A stretch of DNA of 64,000 nt from Verrucomicrobiia bacterium (GCA_963664225.1 OY760937.1:3776001-3840000), one strand, 5' to 3'. Positions 19,193 to 29,720 are shown, counted from the first letter of the stretch. Notes: a model not told the origin generated them from the letters alone. Program-made: numbers and translations.

Positions 19193-20842
19193 ATGAATCC
19201 AGCACCGTCACTGACTCCCGAACTTCTGGCTCAGATGCCCGAGTCCTTCCGCGGTGTCGTCCTCCAGGCCGTTGGTCAGCTCGAAAGTCAGGTGCAGTCT
19301 CTGTCCAGCGAGAACAAGCTCCTGCGCCAGAAAATCGATGCCCTGATCCGCCAGTATTTTGGTTCACCCAAAAACGAGACCCTCGATCCCAACCAACTGC
19401 TTCTGCTCTTGAGCGGACTGGCAGGAACCTCCGCCCCGGTTGCGGCCACCCCGGTCCAATCCGCCCCGGCTTCCAAAGCCACGACAAATCGCAAACCGGC
19501 CCGTTCGGGGATTCCGGAGAATCTGCCCATTGAAAAGGTGGTGCTGCTGCCCGACGAGGTGAAAGCCAACCCGGACCAGTTCCGCCAGATTGACCAGCTG
19601 ATCACACGGGAATTGGACTATGAGCCGGGCCGGTTTTTCTGGAGGGAAATTACGCGGCCAAAGTTTGTGCGTCGGACTGCGGCGGCCCCGGCCCCCGAAA
19701 TTTCGCTCACGACACCGGAAGGCAAGCTGCCGCCGCTGGCGTTGGCCCTGGCAATGACCTCGTTGCCCGAGGTCAGGGAGGTTCTGATCGCGGAGCTGCC
19801 CAACCGGCTGATCGAAAAAGGACTGCCGGGAGTGGGCTTGCTGGTCCACTTGATTTTGAGCCGCTTTGAAGATCATCTGCCCTTTTACCGGCTGGAAAAG
19901 ATCTTCCGGGAACGACACAGGGTGCCCATCGCCCGGCAGACAATGGTCGATTGGACCGAACGCCTGGCCGATTGGTTCCTGCCGGTCTATCGCGAGATGG
20001 CCGCTGGACTGCGCGCCGCCAAATATCTTCAAGCCGACGAGACCCCCATTCAATATCTGGACCGGGAAGTGCCCGGGCGCAGTTGCACGGGATACTTCTG
20101 GGTGTATGGCCAGCCAGGCGGAGATGTGATTTTCGAGTGGAAGACCAGCCGGGGCCGGGAAGGACCCAAGGCGTTTCTGGAGACTTTCAAGGGCAAGCTC
20201 CAATGCGATGGCTATGGCGTCTATCAATCTTTGGCTAGGGAACGGGAGGATTGGACCCTGATCGGTTGCTGGGCCCATTGCCGGCGATATTTCCATAAGG
20301 CCAAGGATCATGACCGGCACGCGGCCTGGTTTTTGAAGCAAATCAGCCTGCTCTATGAGATTGAACGACGTCTGAGCCAGCAGAAGGCCGGGCCCAACCT
20401 GCGGGAAGCCGTGCGGGCTGCGGAGGCCAAGCCCGTGCTCGCGCGCATTGGAAGGGCGCTGGAGAAAATCGAGCCCAAGATTTTGCCCCAAAGCCTTCTG
20501 GGCAAGGCCATCCATTATGCCAGGGGTTTGTGGACAGAGTTGAATCAATATGCCCAGTTCGGGGAGGTGGCGATTGATAATAATCCGATCGAGAACATAA
20601 TTCGGCCCACGGCCATTGGGAAAAAGAACTTCCTGTTCATTGGCCATCCCGAGGCGGGCTGGCGAAGCGCCGTGATCTACTCGATCCTGGGCAGTTGTCA
20701 TCGCCATAAAATCAATCCGGCCCTCTATTTGCGTGATGTGCTCAGCCGCCTCCCCAACATGCAGCAAAGTGAGGTGCCAACCATTACCCCAAAAGCCTGG
20801 GCCAAGGCACATCCCGAAGCGCTCGCACAGTTGCCCAAGTAA
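19193..20842 (+). CDS. tnpC: IS66 DDE transposase TnpC
   Basis: DHLPFYR, LQADETP, QCDGY, CWAHCRR, IDNNPIENIIRP. Confidence 0.96.
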   Translation: MNPAPSLTPELLAQMPESFRGVVLQAVGQLESQVQSLSSENKLLRQKIDALIRQYFGSPKNETLDPNQLLLLLSGLAGTSAPVAATPVQSAPASKATTNRKPARSGIPENLPIEKVVLLPDEVKANPDQFRQIDQLITRELDYEPGRFFWREITRPKFVRRTAAAPAPEISLTTPEGKLPPLALALAMTSLPEVREVLIAELPNRLIEKGLPGVGLLVHLILSRFEDHLPFYRLEKIFRERHRVPIARQTMVDWTERLADWFLPVYREMAAGLRAAKYLQADETPIQYLDREVPGRSCTGYFWVYGQPGGDVIFEWKTSRGREGPKAFLETFKGKLQCDGYGVYQSLAREREDWTLIGCWAHCRRYFHKAKDHDRHAAWFLKQISLLYEIERRLSQQKAGPNLREAVRAAEAKPVLARIGRALEKIEPKILPQSLLGKAIHYARGLWTELNQYAQFGEVAIDNNPIENIIRPTAIGKKNFLFIGHPEAGWRSAVIYSILGSCHRHKINPALYLRDVLSRLPNMQQSEVPTITPKAWAKAHPEALAQLPK

Positions 20843-21374
20843 CCGATGCCTTGTTGCGGGTGACTTCTGAAAGTTGCCATATTCGCCTTTCACGCCGCCA
20901 ATCTAATCAGGCCAGCCCCACATTGCCTATTGCCACTTCGCCTGACGGATACAATTTAACCGAGTTACGCTCGGGTGAACTAGGCAGCGGGGGTGCAGAA
21001 GGTAAGGGACATCTTGGCCGCAAATCTAACTTCGGCCCAATCAAAAAGTCATCAAATTCCGGAAGACAAGGCGATCCGGGAAGGCTCGGCGTCCCCGGAT
21101 CGCCTGGGAGTCGCGGTTTCCAGGTTCTCGACCTAATCGCGAAGCCGGTAGAGGAGCTTCCACTTGACGCAAGGTGAAGGAATAGCATCCGTTGTAATCT
21201 ATACTCACCCATAACCCGCGCCGTAATCATGGCTTACTGGCCACATCTACGTAGCGGGTGCCCACCAACAGATAGAATGTCAGACCCTGCAGAGGGTGTT
21301 GATGGCGGCGTGGAGTAGAAACTTGCCCAGCCATCTGGAGGTATGGCACCTTTTCGTTTGTGCCAAGCGGATAA

Positions 21375-21566
21375 GTGGATCGCCATAGCGCTGTGGCGTT
21401 TAGTCCGGATAGCCGTTGGGTGGTCACAGGCAGCTACGACGATACCGCGCGCCTATGGGATTTGTGGGGCCACCGATCCAACCTATCCACCAACGAATGG
21501 AAGAATAATCTTCCCGGCCAGCCTTACTTCGAAGTGTTTCCCGGTCTGCCGATTCCAAGTAACTGA
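21375..21566 (+). pseudogene. 3' remnant of a WD40-repeat (STAND/nSTAND-type) gene
   Basis: One WD40 repeat VAFSPDSRWVVTGSYDDTARLWDL, then SNLSTNEWKNNLPGQPY..FP, resembling the terminal motif of NTPase-WD40 proteins. Confidence 0.6.
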
Positions 21567-21978
21567 GCCAACAGGAATCCGAAATCTCCAGCTTTGAATA
21601 TAGGAGTAACGGATCCACCTCTAATTTCGAAATCCAAAAGGGGTACATGCAGGATCGGATTAAGGCCATTGAGAAGGCCAGGGAGATCACTAGTCAATCC
21701 GGAGACCTGGACATCTGGATCCTTCGGGGCCATGCCCCAATCTCCTACGCTGCTCAATCTTAAGATTAGCGGCCTGGGAGTCGACGACTTGCGACTTCGA
21801 TTCCTTTTTCAAAGGGTCGGCGTCATCGGCTTTTACTGTTTTTTTCAGAGTTTTTTGAGGCCCTGGGTCCTGGGTGGTGCGGTCGACTCCGGTAGCGATG
21901 GGGCCGTGGGGTATCGGCTGAAATCGGGGCGGCAGCAGGAAATAAGCAACTCCTGACCTCGGAATTGAACGAATTCGC

Positions 21979-23367
21979 ATGTCGCATGTCGAATTACTGA
22001 CCAGGCGAAGTGTCGGGTCGTTCGGTCAAATCAGCCTCAATCAGAAAAAACATATGCTTAATCTTAATTACTGGAACCTCACTTACCGAGAACATACTAT
22101 CAATCTCCAACCAGGGAAAGCTGTTCAGGTGCTGCCTGGAGACGGATACATCGTGGATGACGCTCTGTTTCCCCAAGAAGCGCCAAGAGGGCCGTTTCGT
22201 CCGTCTCGTCCGGGAACAGCGAGTCTCGTTCCCTCGACCGAGGTTCCCAAACGGAATGATCTTCTGAGCTCCCAAATGGCCGTGTTTCAATCAACAACCG
22301 TAGAAGAAGAGGCCACAAATCTTTCTATAGCATTTTCGGCCAGATTTGGCATAGCGAGCGCCAAGGCTGCTTACGAAAGGGCCAGACTGGAGACGAGCTC
22401 AAAAATCATCTTTTATCTGCGAGCAGAGTCAACAAGTCCAGGAGATCAAATAGCTTCTGAGCAGATTCGTTGGAACACTCCACCCGAGGCCGAGGATATC
22501 TCAGATCCCGACCAGCGCATGAGGCAGTTTCTAGATGACTACGGTTCGCACTACGCAGTTCAGGTGTTTTACGGTCAATCCCTATACATTCGGGTTGCCT
22601 GCAACAGCCATATGCAGCAGGCACACGAGAAAATTTCTGCTGCAATAAACGCCGTTGGCTTGTTCTGGAGGGTTGGAGGCGAGTTTAGCAGAGAAGCGAG
22701 GGAGTTCTTTTCGAGTCAAGATTGCTCCATCGAAACCTCCCTCCTCGGCGGTGCTGTGAACCCATCGGGGGCGCTTTACGTCACGGGCATTGACCAGGTT
22801 CTGGACCTAGTCGATAAATTACGCAAAGGACAAGTGACTATTGACTCAGGCCCCTTACAGTGCAGAGTATGGTCCTACTGGCATACCTTAAAGGCTTTTC
22901 CGAAGTGTCGTGAACTATTTGATCGCTACACTCAACCGACGCCAGTCCCCACTCCATTCGGTGTGCCCAAGGGCACTGTTCTGATGTGGGCTCCAGATGA
23001 AGGTAACCTTCGTCGTGATAGTGCCTCGGGCGAAATCGTCGAGGTCATACCACCGGAGGGTTGGGTAAACCTAGATGGCAGCAAGGGCGGCAAGGATCTT
23101 ACGGATCGAGTCCCCATGGCAGTGGGCAAGTGGTCACGTTTATGGGAACAGGGGGGGCGGAAGGACATTCCTGACGATGGTGCTCATACTCCTTCCGGTT
23201 CGCTTCCTTGGGGAAAGGGAGCCCGAGATGGATATGGTTTCCAAGGGGAAGGCGATGAATGTATGTTGCTCAACATTTCATTCAACGGAAATCCCATCCC
23301 TGGACACAATCACGGCGGTGAGAACCGCCCACCTTATTTCGGATTGTTTTTCATAATGAAGTTGTAG
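21979..23367 (+). CDS. MACPF (perforin-like) domain protein fused to a phage tail-collar-like C-terminus
   Basis: MACPF signature QFLDDYGSHYAVQVFYG and later LLGG; C-terminal VPKGTVLMW..IPPEGWVNLDGS...DLTDRVPM...HNHGGENRPPYFGLFFIMKL. Start may be 22054. Confidence 0.75.
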   Translation: MSHVELLTRRSVGSFGQISLNQKKHMLNLNYWNLTYREHTINLQPGKAVQVLPGDGYIVDDALFPQEAPRGPFRPSRPGTASLVPSTEVPKRNDLLSSQMAVFQSTTVEEEATNLSIAFSARFGIASAKAAYERARLETSSKIIFYLRAESTSPGDQIASEQIRWNTPPEAEDISDPDQRMRQFLDDYGSHYAVQVFYGQSLYIRVACNSHMQQAHEKISAAINAVGLFWRVGGEFSREAREFFSSQDCSIETSLLGGAVNPSGALYVTGIDQVLDLVDKLRKGQVTIDSGPLQCRVWSYWHTLKAFPKCRELFDRYTQPTPVPTPFGVPKGTVLMWAPDEGNLRRDSASGEIVEVIPPEGWVNLDGSKGGKDLTDRVPMAVGKWSRLWEQGGRKDIPDDGAHTPSGSLPWGKGARDGYGFQGEGDECMLLNISFNGNPIPGHNHGGENRPPYFGLFFIMKL

Positions 23368-23459
23368 GAAACACCAAACCCTCTCAACCGAAGTGACCAA
23401 CAACAGGGTACAGGGAAGTTGATGCTGTTGACCACCAAACACCATCCGAAACGGCCAGA

Positions 23460-23566
23460 CCTCCCAAGAAGTCAGTCTGGCTGGCCTATAATCGTCCCAT
23501 TTTGGTTTGCGGAAACAGCCGGGGAGGTGCCTCCCAAGAAGTCAGTCTGGCTGGCCTATAATCGTC
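23460..23566. repeat. Two perfect 37-bp direct repeats separated by 33 bp
   Basis: CCTCCCAAGAAGTCAGTCTGGCTGGCCTATAATCGTC at 23460-23496 and 23530-23566. Confidence 0.9.
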
Positions 23567-23961
23567 TGGTATGGTCCGCAAGAAACAGAGGATTGAAGGG
23601 CAGGGAAAAAGAATTCCTGCGGCAGCTTGGTGAATCTCGGGTGGCTCGGGTCTGGATGAATGAAGATTATCGGACAGATATATTTCAAGCTATAGCGTCG
23701 GCACAGACCTTTATCGAATCAGTGTTAACCTAATTAGGCTTTCGATGCCGATGGTTTATTATCGTTACGAGCATCGCTCGCAAGTTCATTCGACTTCCGG
23801 AGGTGGCCAAGCGCAACGGTGTGCTTAAGCATCGCATCTGATGTGACCCAGAGTTTTCTCGATTGATTGCTTAGTAATGGGCAGAAAGTCGCCGCCAGCC
23901 GTCCGAAACGTCCCCTACAACGAAGTGCGGGATGCTTTCGACTGGCTGGAGATCAAAATAA

Positions 23962-25446
23962 TCACGGCGTGACGTTCATACATCCGCCAATTTTGCAGTG
24001 ACGGCCACCCAGCGGAGATGGTTTCTTGGGGGGATCATCATCTGCTTTATCGATTGCTGCCCATAGGGAAAACCGGTCGGGGAACCGTCGTTGGTTGTGC
24101 CTGCCACGGAAGAAAGTTAGGCCGCGATTTGGGTCCCGAGTAGTCCAAAGCGGCGCAGAATTCATGTCGAGGTCGAATGACATACGGGCGGCACTACTGC
24201 CGATATCGGGCGTGATGAAGGGGGAGGCTCCTGTCACCTTGACGCGCTCGAAGCCTGCAAGGAAGTCCGTAAATGCGAGCAAGGCGGCGAGTGGATTGCG
24301 CTCGAAGTTCGACCAAAGCGCATCCCAGTCCAAGCTGTCGGCGGATAGGTGCACTTGCTCGTGGTGCTCCGCGATTGCAGCGGCGATATGCTTGACGTCC
24401 GGACGCTGCCTTTCAGACGGGGCCATGCAATTAAGAAACTCGTGGGCAGAGAATAGTGCGTGGAGTCTCCCCCAAGAACGGGTGCGGGGGTCCTGGTCAT
24501 TGCACCCTTCAAGATGCCAAAGAACCTCATAAGGGCTTTTCTGGGCCAGGAAGTCCTGCTGTGCCCTTATCATGGCCTGTTGTAGGTCTGATGGGAGGAG
24601 TATTCCGATTTCCGTAACTAGGTATCCCAGAATCTCAGCAAATTGTTCCCAGAATGCCGGCATAATTCGGTCAACCGCTTGACAGTGTCGAAATTCCCTT
24701 GCGGTCAGCAGGTACCATGTGGCTGTGTCATAACCGGCGTCATGCCAAAGCGCTATCGCAATCCATGCTCGCCTGAGCCAGACTTCCGGCTCGGTATCAA
24801 GCATTGGGCTGTCAAACCAGTCCGAATGCTGCGCCCGATACATTTCAGCCAGAGCCCCAAAGAGGGTGATCGGACGGCAAGAGCCCCGAGTCGCGCGGCT
24901 TCCGCAGACGGCGTCTCGTAGCCTTTTTTCGATTGGCATACCAAGGGCGACCTCTCCTATGAACAGGCAAATCAGGGTGTGAACCAAGTGGTCTCTATTC
25001 TCGTATGGGAAGAATTTTCGTCCGGCGAGGGCTTTTTCGAATTCCTTGCGCTCGTAGAAGGCACCGAGAAAATGCCGGATCCACTCGGGTGAAAGGCTGT
25101 GCCGAACGACAATCGGTCCGCACGGCTCCGCGTTGCTATCCATGTTCAGGCGAACAGCAGGGAGTGGGTAGTTGTGCTCAATGCAGAGACCTACAAGTTC
25201 CCTGAGCGGTGGTGAAAGTCTACCCCCGAGTATGGAAATAGTGCTATTTGAGAGATCTTTGAGGGGCTCGAGGTAGTTACCCCCTCTGCTTAGTGGCAGC
25301 GTAGAGATATGCCTCGCGAGGAGGTCTAATTTATCCTGCAGCCATAAATCGCCCATTGGTTTGCCGAAAGCGTTGGACCAAGACGTTTCATGGTTCCACG
25401 CCTCGTATGAAAAGTGGCTTAGGGTTCGTTCGATTTGAGTGCTCAT
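23962..25446 (-). CDS. HD-domain metal-dependent phosphohydrolase-like protein
   Basis: RDHLVHT ... ALWHDAGY ... HALFSA ... AIAEHH ... LLAFTDFL, giving the H...HD...H...HH...D pattern. Confidence 0.7.
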   Translation of the reverse strand: MSTQIERTLSHFSYEAWNHETSWSNAFGKPMGDLWLQDKLDLLARHISTLPLSRGGNYLEPLKDLSNSTISILGGRLSPPLRELVGLCIEHNYPLPAVRLNMDSNAEPCGPIVVRHSLSPEWIRHFLGAFYERKEFEKALAGRKFFPYENRDHLVHTLICLFIGEVALGMPIEKRLRDAVCGSRATRGSCRPITLFGALAEMYRAQHSDWFDSPMLDTEPEVWLRRAWIAIALWHDAGYDTATWYLLTAREFRHCQAVDRIMPAFWEQFAEILGYLVTEIGILLPSDLQQAMIRAQQDFLAQKSPYEVLWHLEGCNDQDPRTRSWGRLHALFSAHEFLNCMAPSERQRPDVKHIAAAIAEHHEQVHLSADSLDWDALWSNFERNPLAALLAFTDFLAGFERVKVTGASPFITPDIGSSAARMSFDLDMNSAPLWTTRDPNRGLTFFRGRHNQRRFPDRFSLWAAIDKADDDPPKKPSPLGGRHCKIGGCMNVTP

Positions 25447-25450
25447 GAGC

Positions 25451-27010
25451 CTAGTCGTTCGCGAACATGCGTATAATTCTCATTAGCGCCTCGGACATTC
25501 CTGTGGAATGTTGGTCGGCAGCGATGATCTGGGCGAGGGTGCTCGACGATGTTGCATTTGGAGCAATGTCGGCGGCATGCACAAGGGTCTCTCGGTGGGG
25601 AAGGAAACAAACTCTATTCTTCAGCCGATTCCAATTTTGTCTAAAGAGGGCAGCGATTCTCGCGGGTGTCAATTCCGGAGAACGATCCATATAAGCAGCA
25701 ATTATTGGCGTATTTTCAAGGGCAGGAATCAGGAGCTCGGTGTTTTTTAGCAATGCCGCAGTGGTTGCCTCGCAAAAGTCCACCACCACGGCCAGACGAT
25801 CGCTGAGGCAAGCTTGGGTAAGCCAGGCTTCTTCAGTCGCTAAGGCGATGATATCGGGTGCCCGAGGCCTTAACACTACTGTCATGCAGCCGTTGAGTCT
25901 TATTGTGCTTAGAAAGATGTCGAGTGCAAGGTGAGCCATGCCAGGGGCGGTATCGAAAATCACGTGCGAGAATTTCTTCTCCGTAATGAGGTGCTTGGCA
26001 AGCGAACAAATCCGGCGCTGGTTTAACTCGCTCCGTTCCGCTCCCTGGGCTTGATCCAATTTCTGAATATCAGAGGAAATGATGGAACCTGGCACGAGGG
26101 TAAGGCGATCTTTCCAGGCGGGGTCTCCGTCGGAGATGGGCAGAAGCATTTCATCTGGGAACCATTTATAAGCTGAAGGAGACGTAAACCAGTTTACGAA
26201 TCGAACGGCCTTGCTCCTGCCAGGGCGGGTTGTGGGCAGGTAGAACTCCAGTGCGGGGCCTTCGTCGTCAGCGTCAACCAGGCAGACCTTATTATCGGGG
26301 CAGCGAGCCAAGTTAATAGCAAGCGCGATGGCAACGGTGGACTTTCCAACGCCGCCCTTACTTGAGTGAATGCTGATGACCCTCCCGTGCTGGATGCTTT
26401 CGTCGCTCAACCTGAAGGCCTCGTCAAGGGACGTCAGTTGGGCTAAATAGGCTGACGTACTTTTTACAATGGTCGTTAAGTTAGGTGTGAGATCATTTAG
26501 CTCAAGTCGGGCCTTGATGGCAGCATTGAGTGGGCGGCGCTGTTTGCTTGAGAGTTTTTCGAGGACAAAACCGAATACGGAGACACACTGTTCAACGATG
26601 CGCGGCGATGGCGATTGCACGCCTGATAAAAGTGATTCAAACGCGCGATCAACTAAGTCCCTCTCCTCAGCCGTCATTGGCCGTAGACACAGCGCGGCAT
26701 AAAGAAATTCACCGGCCTCTTTCACATATTTGCCTGCTGCGAAAAGCAGTCGACACTTTTCGGCGGACTCGGTTAAAAGGTCGGTATGCAGATTGTAGTT
26801 GGTAGCCAATCGGGCGAGCATGAAGTATTCCTCGCAACGGAGGTGCTGAGCTTTGAGGAACTTAGCAGATGGTTTGGATAATGAGGAGAAGCTAGAAAGA
26901 ACGCCAGCCCGATAGTGGTCTTTCAGGCGCTGTGAGATGGCGGATGGATCCTGCAGGGGCGTGCTGGTGTCCGGGTTGGGGTTGTTAGATGGAACATCTT
27001 TCGCTTTCAT
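25451..27010 (-). CDS. MinD/ParA-family ATPase with N-terminal helical domain
   Basis: ISIHSSKGGVGKST, LVDADDEGPAL, IFDTAPG. Start set at ATG 27010, which overlaps the radical SAM stop (ATGA). Confidence 0.8.
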   Translation of the reverse strand: MKAKDVPSNNPNPDTSTPLQDPSAISQRLKDHYRAGVLSSFSSLSKPSAKFLKAQHLRCEEYFMLARLATNYNLHTDLLTESAEKCRLLFAAGKYVKEAGEFLYAALCLRPMTAEERDLVDRAFESLLSGVQSPSPRIVEQCVSVFGFVLEKLSSKQRRPLNAAIKARLELNDLTPNLTTIVKSTSAYLAQLTSLDEAFRLSDESIQHGRVISIHSSKGGVGKSTVAIALAINLARCPDNKVCLVDADDEGPALEFYLPTTRPGRSKAVRFVNWFTSPSAYKWFPDEMLLPISDGDPAWKDRLTLVPGSIISSDIQKLDQAQGAERSELNQRRICSLAKHLITEKKFSHVIFDTAPGMAHLALDIFLSTIRLNGCMTVVLRPRAPDIIALATEEAWLTQACLSDRLAVVVDFCEATTAALLKNTELLIPALENTPIIAAYMDRSPELTPARIAALFRQNWNRLKNRVCFLPHRETLVHAADIAPNATSSSTLAQIIAADQHSTGMSEALMRIIRMFAND

Positions 27011-28398
27011 CGGGCATATTCCTTTATTGGGAGTTGGCAGGAAGCGAGGATTTCCTCGCAGGCTTGTTGAAGGATGTGCCGGCCGCCGGGGAGTTTGGTG
27101 GCCTCGGAGATGTAAAGGTCTCGGGCCGCTTCTAGGTCGTAGTCGAGAGCCCTGGTGATGAACGACGGCCACTGGCGGTCCTCAGGGAAAGTGGATTTCC
27201 ATAGCCAACTTCCCATAAGGGGCATGATAATGTTGCCGTAGCAGAGGACGTCGGGCTTTGCGTGCAGTTCGCACGTTAGGGAGACGGTTTCGTCCAAGGA
27301 TGCCTCATCTTCGTCCAAGAGGCCCAGGACGAAGGAACATGAGACTTTGATGCCCGCAAGTACGAGGTCGTCAACAGCCTGAATTATCGCCCGGCGAGAA
27401 ATGAACTTGCCGTTGCAGCGGAGGATACGTTCGCTTCCCGATTCGATGCCGAGGAGGACGCTGTCCACGCCACAAGAAGCGAGCGCAAATGCGATTTCAT
27501 GTGTGATGTCCCTGGCGTCGGCGAAGACCATCATTTTGATGTCGTCGATGAGTCTCTCTTTGCGCTGATGACAGAACGCGTCCATCCAGGGACCGTCCAC
27601 CCATGTGTCACTAGTGTCGAGGATGTAATCCACGCCGAAGTTGTCCAGAAGGTAGCGGATTTCCTGCGCAACCGTTACGGGATCGCGGCTGCGGAAGCCC
27701 TTGTCCTGACGGGCGCAGAATGAGCAGCGCCGCTTGCAGCCGCGTTTTGAGAAAAGGTTGGCAGCCCGCTGGCCGGTCATGTTGATGAGGGTGTTGGTGC
27801 CGCGGTACTCCGCCAAGTATTGTTGAGGATCGATGCCGCCGAAATCGCGCGGGGGCATCTTCTGTTCCCAGACGTTTTCGAGGACCGTTTCCGTTCGAGC
27901 CAGGCCATGATTTGTCTTCAGGAGGAGATTTGGAACTTGGTGGAGGTCTATGGTTCCGTCAGCGAGCTGGCGCGACAGGGCCTGGAGGGTTGGTTGGCCA
28001 TCGCCGATGCACACCGCGTCAATAATGGGTTCCATCGCGAGCGAGGGGCCAGCCGCTGTGGCCGGTTGGCCGCCGACAATGACCAGCGTTCCTTGTTTTT
28101 TTGCTTGGGCCGCGATGGCAGCGAGCGATTTGGAGGAGAGCGCTGTGTAGGTAAGACCGAGAACATCTGCACCCGCTGCCGAAAGACGGTCGAGGAGTCG
28201 CGGCCCTAGGATGGTGCCATCCAGAATTTCGACGTCGCAGCGGGAGTCCACGGAGTCGGCGAGGAGGAGGAGATCGAGAGGCATGTTCCATTGGTCAGCG
28301 GCGATGCGGGCATCGTCAATGGGGCAGCGCGCGAGCACAATCTTCGGTTTCATAAACATGTCGTGGGCAAGGTTAACTACTAGGCGCTTTGCTTGCAA
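27007..28398 (-). CDS. B12-binding-domain radical SAM enzyme
   Basis: CxxxCxxC in RGCKRRCSFC; N-terminal cobalamin-binding-like region (DVLGLT..VIVGGQPAT..DAVCIGDG); GIESGS; SFVLGL. Start may be at MFMKPK (~28359/28353). Confidence 0.9.
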   Translation of the reverse strand: MQAKRLVVNLAHDMFMKPKIVLARCPIDDARIAADQWNMPLDLLLLADSVDSRCDVEILDGTILGPRLLDRLSAAGADVLGLTYTALSSKSLAAIAAQAKKQGTLVIVGGQPATAAGPSLAMEPIIDAVCIGDGQPTLQALSRQLADGTIDLHQVPNLLLKTNHGLARTETVLENVWEQKMPPRDFGGIDPQQYLAEYRGTNTLINMTGQRAANLFSKRGCKRRCSFCARQDKGFRSRDPVTVAQEIRYLLDNFGVDYILDTSDTWVDGPWMDAFCHQRKERLIDDIKMMVFADARDITHEIAFALASCGVDSVLLGIESGSERILRCNGKFISRRAIIQAVDDLVLAGIKVSCSFVLGLLDEDEASLDETVSLTCELHAKPDVLCYGNIIMPLMGSWLWKSTFPEDRQWPSFITRALDYDLEAARDLYISEATKLPGGRHILQQACEEILASCQLPIKEYAR

Positions 28399-29720
28399 GA
28401 CTTAAGACGGACCCAGAGGGAGCCGGCGAGAAGAGTGAGGAGAACAACCGGCAGCGAAATCACAGAGATGCTAGGCTCGGCTTTGGCCAAAATCGTCACA
28501 AGAATAACTGACACGAGTCCAAGGACGAGACTCCAAAGGACGACTTTTGGATGGAGACGCCAGAGCAATCCGCCGAGCAGGATTGGGAAAAGGCCGACGC
28601 TCATTCCAGCGAGCGCAAAGGCGACTTTAAGGACATCTTTAAACAGCCACCCCGAGATAGCGGCAAGTGTGACTGACGCGATGACGATGCTTGCTGATAT
28701 ACGCCTTGTCGTGCGTTCATTCCTGATTTCGAGAATGTTGAGGACCACCGTTGGCGCGATGACGAACAGCGCTGTATCCGCCGTGGAGAGGATTGCAGAA
28801 AGGAGGAGAAGCATTCCAAGGCCCTGACAGGCTCTCGGTAAGAGGCTTTGGAATACTTTGACTAGAGCGTCCTCTGGGTTGAGGCCGGGGAAGTGGGCAT
28901 AGGCGGCGAATCCGATCCCTGCGAGGATTACGCCAACGAAAGGCAGCGTTATGCCGGCGACGAGTAGGCCGCCGCGGACCGCACGCGTGTCTCTGGCAGC
29001 AAAGCAACGTTGCCAAAGTTCCGGGGCGGAGAAAATGCCCATGCTGCCGATAATCAGGAATCCAACGACATCGGCGCCGGATTTGGAGAGATCCGAGTGC
29101 GCAAGGACGGTCTTCGCGTTAGCCGGGGATATCAGTTTAGGCAGTAGGAAGACGAGGATGAAGAGGATTAGGACCCACTGAAAGATGTCGGTCGTAATCG
29201 AGGCGCGGAAGCCACCCGTGATGGTATATGACAGGAGGAAGAAAGCGATTATGAAGATGCAGGTGATGTAGGAAAGTCCGCTTAATCCCTGGAGGATGGT
29301 GGCACCCAAAATGAATTGGATGAGCAGCAGGGAGACATAAAAGATGACGTTGTAGAACGAGACGAGTTTGGCGGCTGGCTTGCCGTAGTGACGCTCAAAG
29401 TAATCGGACATGCCAAAGTAGCCATTGTCTCTGGCCTCGCGCTGTAAGCGGGCGGTGAAGACGGAGAAGAGGATGAACCCCAGAACAATTCCGATAAACA
29501 GCGAGATTGCAGGCCAACCGTATTTGTAAACGAAGCCGGTGTAGGTTACGAGAATGAAACCATCAAAGAAGCCGGCCGCGATAGAACAGCCTAGGCCCAA
29601 TGGGCCGACCTTCCGGTCAGCAATCAGATACCAATTGAACCCCTTACCCTTGGAGGCGAGGTACCCGAGGATAACCAAGAATATGGCGTAAGGTATTAGG
29701 AGTGCGAAGTTAGTGTCCAT
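28380..29720 (-). CDS. Sodium:solute symporter (SSS) family transporter
   Basis: About 13 hydrophobic segments; YLIADRKVG, GGFRASITTDIFQ, WQRCFAA, SAILSTADT. Confidence 0.92.
   Translation of the reverse strand: MDTNFALLIPYAIFLVILGYLASKGKGFNWYLIADRKVGPLGLGCSIAAGFFDGFILVTYTGFVYKYGWPAISLFIGIVLGFILFSVFTARLQREARDNGYFGMSDYFERHYGKPAAKLVSFYNVIFYVSLLLIQFILGATILQGLSGLSYITCIFIIAFFLLSYTITGGFRASITTDIFQWVLILFILVFLLPKLISPANAKTVLAHSDLSKSGADVVGFLIIGSMGIFSAPELWQRCFAARDTRAVRGGLLVAGITLPFVGVILAGIGFAAYAHFPGLNPEDALVKVFQSLLPRACQGLGMLLLLSAILSTADTALFVIAPTVVLNILEIRNERTTRRISASIVIASVTLAAISGWLFKDVLKVAFALAGMSVGLFPILLGGLLWRLHPKVVLWSLVLGLVSVILVTILAKAEPSISVISLPVVLLTLLAGSLWVRLKSCKQSA

Larger units (their letters stand above)
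18396..20952 (+). mobile_element. Complete IS66-family element
   Basis: Terminal IRs GTATCCGTCAGGCGAAGTGGC(T/A)ATAGGCAATG at both ends; perfect 8-bp TSD AATTTAAC (18388-18395, 20953-20960); tnpA-tnpB-tnpC. Confidence 0.97.

Noticed and set aside
19364..20893. 509-aa minus-strand ORF
   Set aside because: Antisense shadow of IS66 tnpC; no motifs.
20960..21980. Short overlapping ORFs right of IS66
   Set aside because: Apart from the WD40 remnant, none has a supportable product.
27011..27172. N-terminal extension of the 573-aa ORF call
   Set aside because: Overlaps the radical SAM 3' end; the ATGA-coupled start at 27010 is more plausible.
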